29,544 bases of DNA from a virus (taxonomy: Duplodnaviria; Caudoviricetes): positions 1-29,544 of the IMG/VR virus record IMGVR_UViG_3300046485_000010. One strand, given 5' to 3'. The notes beneath the pieces were generated by a model, which did no database searches, was not told where the DNA came from, and saw only the letters and a list, made by a program, of their open reading frames with translations. This document shows, piece after piece, positions 24,830 to 29,544 of this stretch. Both the position numbers and the translations under genes were made by a program. The stretch's first letter is position 1. Every line of letters starts with the position of its first letter.

Positions 24830-24931
24830 ATGATGAACTTCATCTCATCTAATCCGTTCTTCTGTTGTGTCGTTTGGGTTGCACTCGTAATATGGATTTT
24901 CGAGTGCCCTATCTGGAGAACTAAGAAATGA
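24830..24931 (+). CDS. 33-aa single-TM peptide
   Basis: Not in the track. MMNFISSNPFFCCVVWVALVIWIFECPIWRTKK; ATGA overlap with the next gene. Confidence 0.5.
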   Translation: MMNFISSNPFFCCVVWVALVIWIFECPIWRTKK

Positions 24932-25491
24932 ATAATCAATATCTACAGGAATTCAATGCTTGCCAAGGTAATCGTTGGAACGTGCAAGACTTGGACGTAT
25001 GTTCCGACAAGCGTAGAAATCTCGTAGTCAGGTATGCATGGGCCGTTCCCGACGAGCACGCAATCGAAATCATCCTCAAGTATTCCCCTATCGTAGAGAT
25101 TGGATGCGGCACGGGATATTGGGCTAGTCTCATCGCATCCAAAGGTGGTATCGTATTTCCTTACGACGCACATGTTCCGGGCATTGACAGGAATCCCTAT
25201 GAGCACGAGATTACATACTGCAATGTTTTGCGCGGTTCAATCGAAGTCCTCGACAAACTCAAGTTTACGCTGTTCCTTTGTTGGCCTCCCCACAATAATT
25301 CTTTTGCCTACGATGCACTAATGAGGTATCGTGGCGATACTCTCATCTACGTTGGCGAAGATGAGTATGGTTGCACGGCAGATAGGACATTCTTCAAAGA
25401 ATTAAGCAGACATTGGAAGTTCATCGAAGGCCATAAACTCCCACAGTGGGATGGAATCTATGACTATCTTGAAGTCCACAAAAGAATATGA
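24928..25491 (+). CDS. Class I SAM-dependent methyltransferase-fold protein, substrate unknown
   Basis: Motif I 'IVEIGCGTGYW', 'LFLCWPP', 'LIYVGE...GCTA'. Confidence 0.8.
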   Translation: MNNQYLQEFNACQGNRWNVQDLDVCSDKRRNLVVRYAWAVPDEHAIEIILKYSPIVEIGCGTGYWASLIASKGGIVFPYDAHVPGIDRNPYEHEITYCNVLRGSIEVLDKLKFTLFLCWPPHNNSFAYDALMRYRGDTLIYVGEDEYGCTADRTFFKELSRHWKFIEGHKLPQWDGIYDYLEVHKRI

Positions 25492-27584
25492 ATAGACAAG
25501 CTGCATCTAGACTCGCCCGCGATGAGATGGATAAGGTTGGCCTGAAAGATTGGGCTATTCGCCTTACCCAACATACCGGAGTTTTGGGAATGTGTTCGTA
25601 TAAGGATAAGACGATTATCTTTAGCACGTTCCACTTTGATACCCATCCCGAACCTGAAATCCTCAACACAATTCGACATGAATCTGCCCATGCCTTGTGT
25701 CCGGGTGAAGGGCATAATAAGGTATGGGAAGATAAAGCGCGCGAGCTAGGCTGCACTTCCGTAGGCCCATGTAGCCATCTCTCGTATTCACCTGAAATCA
25801 TAGATGCTATCCGTAGCGGAGCTACGATAGAAGTATCGTATACCACAGAAGTAATCCACAAACCGCACTATCAGATTACGCGACTTCAAGACAAGTGTGA
25901 TGTTTGTGGTAAAGTAGCCAAGACTAAGAGTGAATCTCTTGTCATCGTTAAAGATGACACCAAACCTGATAGAAAGTTCATAGTTCTTGAATGTGGCCAT
26001 ACTCTAATTCGTTTCATTCCAAAGGGAACGCCATTTCACAAAGCAGTAACTAACTTCTGGAAACCTGACGTAGAATCTTGTGAGCATGAGTGGGATAAGA
26101 ATCAGTGTAATAAATGTGGTGAGTTTAGACCATTTCAATTCCAAGTGGATGGCGCGCGCTTTGTTGAGGCTGGTCTTTCAGTCAACAAAGGTGCAGGCGT
26201 ATTCGATGAGATGGGATTAGGCAAGACCATTCAATCCCTAATCTATCTCAAGTATCACGAAGAAAATACTCCCGCCTTATTCATTGTCAAGTCTAAACTA
26301 AAGTTCCAATGGTTCCGCGAAATTAGACGTTGGTGCGGACCAATGTGGACTCCGCAAGTTATTAGCTCATCTAATGATTGGCTTATCCCCGGTTTGAAAG
26401 CATACATCATATCTTATGATATGTTGGTTGCAAAGGACCGTAAGGGTAAAAATGGCAAGACCATATCCCAAGGTTTTGATGGTTCTAAGTTTAAGGAACT
26501 AGGCATCAAGACTGTGATTCTTGATGAGTGCCAACAGATTAAGAATCCCGATGCTACGCGCACTCAGGAAGTTCGCAAGATTTGTGCGGACTGTAAAGTC
26601 ATTCCATTGTCAGGAACTCCATGGAAAAATAGGGGAGATGAATTCTTTGTAGTTCTCAACATGCTCGACCCCATGAAATTCTGGTCGCATCAAGGTTTCA
26701 TAGACAAGTGGGTAGATACTTACTTTGATGGTAAGTATACGAAGCGTGGCGGGATTCGTAATGTCAAGGAATTCCGTGAAGCTACGAAAGACCTATTCAT
26801 TAGACGCGAAGTAGAAGAAGTAATGAAAGAGATGCCATCCACGAATAGGATGATTCTCTATACCGACCTAGAAGCGGTAGAGCAGATAAATTACGATAAC
26901 GAAGTATCAGCGTTCGTAAAGTGGTATAATGACGCACAGGCTAATGATGAATTGAATAGTTTTGAAGATGGCGGAAACATTCTAGCTAAGCTCACACGCA
27001 TGAGGCATATCACGGGCCTAGCCAAGATTCCCGCGACAGTCGAATTCATAGCAGACACAACAATCGAAAAGAGCAAGAAAATCTGCGTATTTGTTCATCA
27101 CAAAGATGTTGGCGAGATTCTCTATCGCACATGCGTGGAAGAATTAAAGGGAGACAACATACCCGTATTCAAACTCACAGCGGACATGAATCCACAGGTT
27201 ATCTCAAACACAATTGACGAGTTTAACAAGACTCCAGTGTGCGCGATGGTAGCCTCTACGCTAGCTTGTGGGGAAGGTATTAACTTGCAAACATGCGGTG
27301 ACGCTGTAATGCACGAAAGACAGTGGAATCCACAGAATGAGGACCAAGCTGCGCCGGGTAGATTTAGACGCATTGGTTCAAAATTCAATATTGTCAATGT
27401 CACGTTCACTACCGCATCAGACACGATTGATGAAATCATGGCTGGTATCGTAGAGCGAAAGCGCGTGGCATTCCATAACGCAATGAATAAAGGTGAGATG
27501 CCTCCGGTATTCAGACAGAGTGACTTTGCGCGTGAAATCGCGGACGGAATCGTGGATGGGTTTAATAAGAAGAATAGGAAGTGA
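25488..27584 (+). CDS. SprT-like metalloprotease / SNF2-family helicase fusion
   Basis: N-terminal 'LGMCSY...I', 'TIRHESAHAL...GH...W'; Cys-rich linker; DEMGLGKT, ILDECQ, LSGTP, GEGINLQ, WNP..EDQ...RFRRIG. Confidence 0.9.
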   Translation: MNRQAASRLARDEMDKVGLKDWAIRLTQHTGVLGMCSYKDKTIIFSTFHFDTHPEPEILNTIRHESAHALCPGEGHNKVWEDKARELGCTSVGPCSHLSYSPEIIDAIRSGATIEVSYTTEVIHKPHYQITRLQDKCDVCGKVAKTKSESLVIVKDDTKPDRKFIVLECGHTLIRFIPKGTPFHKAVTNFWKPDVESCEHEWDKNQCNKCGEFRPFQFQVDGARFVEAGLSVNKGAGVFDEMGLGKTIQSLIYLKYHEENTPALFIVKSKLKFQWFREIRRWCGPMWTPQVISSSNDWLIPGLKAYIISYDMLVAKDRKGKNGKTISQGFDGSKFKELGIKTVILDECQQIKNPDATRTQEVRKICADCKVIPLSGTPWKNRGDEFFVVLNMLDPMKFWSHQGFIDKWVDTYFDGKYTKRGGIRNVKEFREATKDLFIRREVEEVMKEMPSTNRMILYTDLEAVEQINYDNEVSAFVKWYNDAQANDELNSFEDGGNILAKLTRMRHITGLAKIPATVEFIADTTIEKSKKICVFVHHKDVGEILYRTCVEELKGDNIPVFKLTADMNPQVISNTIDEFNKTPVCAMVASTLACGEGINLQTCGDAVMHERQWNPQNEDQAAPGRFRRIGSKFNIVNVTFTTASDTIDEIMAGIVERKRVAFHNAMNKGEMPPVFRQSDFAREIADGIVDGFNKKNRK

Positions 27585-28075
27585 CTATGTGTCTACCTAA
27601 TTTCGTTGAATTTCGTCAAGTGGATGAGAGAGATTCAATTACCGGTTACAGAGTTTGGAAAACTCCTGTGGCTGGAGATTTAATCCTCAAATCTGATTTC
27701 CAAGATTACACTTGGAAGCCAGTGGAATCTAAGCATCCGGTTGCGGAATTTAATTCTGGACTTTATGCTTACAACAACAACAACAACTACTACTACAACA
27801 ACTACGACAACAACTACTACAACAACTACTATAAAAACTACTACCAAGTTTTCGGCGTAATTAAACAGTGGGGTAGGGTAGCAATTCACTTATCAGGGCA
27901 GCGTTCAGAAAATGCAAAGATAACTATTCTCTTTACAACAAGAGAATCAGATGCTAAGGGACCAAAGGAATTTCTTAACTGGATTAGGATATTTAATAAG
28001 AGGATAGTGTCGCTCGCAACCATATATAACTGTAAGACTCAACACTATCAGGACTTTCTTGAAAATATTGCATAA
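27581..28075 (+). CDS. Hypothetical phage protein with Asn/Tyr run
   Basis: 'ITGYRVW', 'SGLYAY', 'VFGVIKQWGRVAIH..G.RSE.AKI' flank a 25-residue N/Y insert. Confidence 0.75.
   Translation: MTMCLPNFVEFRQVDERDSITGYRVWKTPVAGDLILKSDFQDYTWKPVESKHPVAEFNSGLYAYNNNNNYYYNNYDNNYYNNYYKNYYQVFGVIKQWGRVAIHLSGQRSENAKITILFTTRESDAKGPKEFLNWIRIFNKRIVSLATIYNCKTQHYQDFLENIA
27770..27844 (+). repeat. In-frame (AAC/TAC)n trinucleotide repeat
   Basis: 25 codons, 23 of them NAC. Confidence 0.95.
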
Positions 28076-28076
28076 A

Positions 28077-28334
28077 ATGAGATACGCACCTACGTTGTTT
28101 TCCCCTGATTCACGTATAGAACTAAAGAGAGGACAACACTACGAACACTATAATGCTGACTACTATGCACTAAGACAAGCGCGCGGTTTATGTCCGCGTT
28201 GTCCTAATGAGTGGGATGGACCCGGAATTTGTTTGTCGTGTAGACGTAGACTTTCTAAATGGCGAGATACCTCTGAGGCATATAAACTACCACCTTGGCA
28301 TAAGAAAAACCATCCGGGTAAAAGGAAAAACTAG
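28077..28334 (+). CDS. Basic zinc-finger protein
   Basis: 'RQARGLCPRC...CLSC'; ATG 2 nt after the upstream stop. Confidence 0.65.
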   Translation: MRYAPTLFSPDSRIELKRGQHYEHYNADYYALRQARGLCPRCPNEWDGPGICLSCRRRLSKWRDTSEAYKLPPWHKKNHPGKRKN

Positions 28335-28335
28335 T

Positions 28336-28536
28336 ATGAAAATGACGAACGCGGACTTCGAGCAGGGAAATCACAAGATTAACATTACCTATATTTTAGG
28401 TAATAACCATTGGATGATGTATCATCATTGGGATGATGAAAATGGTAGAAAATGTGAGGTTTGTCCGTCCGTTGTAGGACAGAAGAAAGCCATCAATGAA
28501 GCCCGTCGTCTTTTGAGGGAATATAATCATGTATAG
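28336..28536 (+). CDS. Small hypothetical protein
   Basis: MKMTNADFEQ...; AAGGA RBS; the track start at 28207 overlaps the previous gene. Confidence 0.6.
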   Translation: MKMTNADFEQGNHKINITYILGNNHWMMYHHWDDENGRKCEVCPSVVGQKKAINEARRLLREYNHV

Positions 28537-28696
28537 ATTTGCAATGTGGTTCTGTGGTTTTTCAGCCCTTCTTTGTTTTGCAGTAGGCGTAGCCTTCGTA
28601 TACCAACATCACTATTGGTGGGCAGCCTATATGTTTGGTTTTACGCTATGTGACAGTGGAGCAGCCTACATTAATTGGAATAACTACCATGTCTAA
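28529..28696 (+). CDS. 55-aa 2-TM membrane protein
   Basis: Not in the track. MYRFAMWFCGFSALLCFAVGVAFV...; GAGGG RBS; 8-nt overlaps at both ends. Confidence 0.6.
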   Translation: MYRFAMWFCGFSALLCFAVGVAFVYQHHYWWAAYMFGFTLCDSGAAYINWNNYHV

Positions 28697-28925
28697 CTGC
28701 AAAATCTGTCACGCCGTGTTACACTCAGCGCGTGAACATTGCCCGGTGTGTGGAGCTATGGTAATGGAAACCATTATAGTGGATTCCCTTACTACCTTCG
28801 AGATACAAATCGCGCAGAGTCGTACCGTAGAAAACAAAATCATCGTAGCAGCCCAGGGAGCAGAGCGCGTATATCAGAGTCCTTACATGGGTAAGGCTGG
28901 TCGTAGATACGCTATTGGAGACTAA
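28689..28925 (+). CDS. Zinc-ribbon protein
   Basis: MSNCKIC...CPVCG. Confidence 0.65.
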   Translation: MSNCKICHAVLHSAREHCPVCGAMVMETIIVDSLTTFEIQIAQSRTVENKIIVAAQGAERVYQSPYMGKAGRRYAIGD

Positions 28926-28926
28926 C

Positions 28927-29112
28927 ATGAACAATTGGTATGAAGACGTAAATGGAAATTGGGTAAATTTGGGTCGAGTTAGATGTATCAGTTGCAATAA
29001 ACCCGCAACATCTAGGGTAGTTCCATTTGGAAAACCCCATGACGTTGTTTATACTTGTAATCTACACCGAGAGATAATTTTTCCAATTGTGAAAACTAGG
29101 AAGGGAGACTAA
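28927..29112 (+). CDS. Small zinc-binding protein
   Basis: CISC...CNLH; GGAG RBS. Confidence 0.65.
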   Translation: MNNWYEDVNGNWVNLGRVRCISCNKPATSRVVPFGKPHDVVYTCNLHREIIFPIVKTRKGD

Positions 29113-29113
29113 C

Positions 29114-29380
29114 ATGGAACCTAAGGTAACAATCGCCAAATCTAAACTAATCCAGCATATCGACGTTGGTATCTCAATTGGAAAGGACGGTGCGAATGTC
29201 CTTTTCAAACTTGATGGTAATGATGAACTAGCGTTTCATCTTCCGCCAGAGTATGCGGTATGGTTTTCCACACGTTTAGTAGAGATGGCAATTAGAATTC
29301 AAACCGGAGACATCCTATCCGACTGTGCTGAGTCGGCAAATCAAAATCAGATTTCTGAGGAACCAATGAAGGAATCCTAA
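29114..29380 (+). CDS. Hypothetical protein
   Basis: 88 aa, AAGGGAG RBS. Confidence 0.75.
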   Translation: MEPKVTIAKSKLIQHIDVGISIGKDGANVLFKLDGNDELAFHLPPEYAVWFSTRLVEMAIRIQTGDILSDCAESANQNQISEEPMKES

Positions 29381-29381
29381 T

Positions 29382-29465
29382 ATGACAGGACTAATTTGGT
29401 TAGTTGGTATGTTACTTGGTTTTGTCCTTGGTTGGAATGGGGCTAAGGAAGTTTATGGAAAATGA
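29382..29465 (+). CDS. 27-aa single-TM peptide
   Basis: MTGLIWLVGMLLGFVLGWNGAKEVYGK; AAGGA RBS. Confidence 0.5.
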   Translation: MTGLIWLVGMLLGFVLGWNGAKEVYGK

Positions 29466-29544
29466 ATCCCCCGACAATGTTCCTCCTGTTGTTGACAAAG
29501 AATATGGGAATGAACCCTCTGAGTCTGCGAACATAATCATCCCC
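29455..29544 (+). CDS. Partial ORF running off the right edge
   Basis: AAGGAAG then ATG GAA AAT... (MENESPDNVPPVVDKEY...) open to the end. Confidence 0.45.
   Translation, partial: MENESPDNVPPVVDKEYGNEPSESANIIIP

Noticed and set aside
27770-27844. Complete diversity-generating retroelement
   Set aside because: No reverse transcriptase and no second adenine-mismatched copy were found in this window.
27680-27889. Poly-Val minus-strand ORF
   Set aside because: Antisense shadow of the AAC/TAC repeat.

Overview
This window is a roughly 42% GC (estimated by eye) fragment of a tailed dsDNA phage with P22/T7-like (podovirus-type) structural gene order. No host genes, integrase, tRNA, rRNA or CRISPR array were seen. 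The left 20.8 kb is one minus-strand late operon: candidate TerS; an exported Ig/FN3-like protein; a CmcI-type O-methyltransferase; two GT-A glycosyltransferases; an SGNH-like protein with a ~225-aa Ser/Pro repeat; small membrane and lipoprotein genes; TerL; portal; scaffold; major capsid; decoration-like proteins; a third GT; an adaptor; and a truncated tail/stabilisation protein. The right 8.7 kb is plus-strand early/middle genes: many small Zn-finger ORFs, a SAM-methyltransferase-fold protein and a SprT-protease/SNF2-helicase fusion. Between them (20.8-23.1 kb) lies a control region with divergent and tandem sigma70 promoters, nested palindromes, a C15 tract and a T34 tract. Best candidates for new biology are (i) a virion glycosylation module (3 GTs, a sugar O-methyltransferase and a mucin-like acceptor), (ii) a roughly ten-fold window-wide excess of the palindrome GCGCGC, (iii) a cos/pac- or operator-like repeat cluster and (iv) an in-frame run of NAC codons. 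All product calls come from motif recognition and synteny; no database searches were run.
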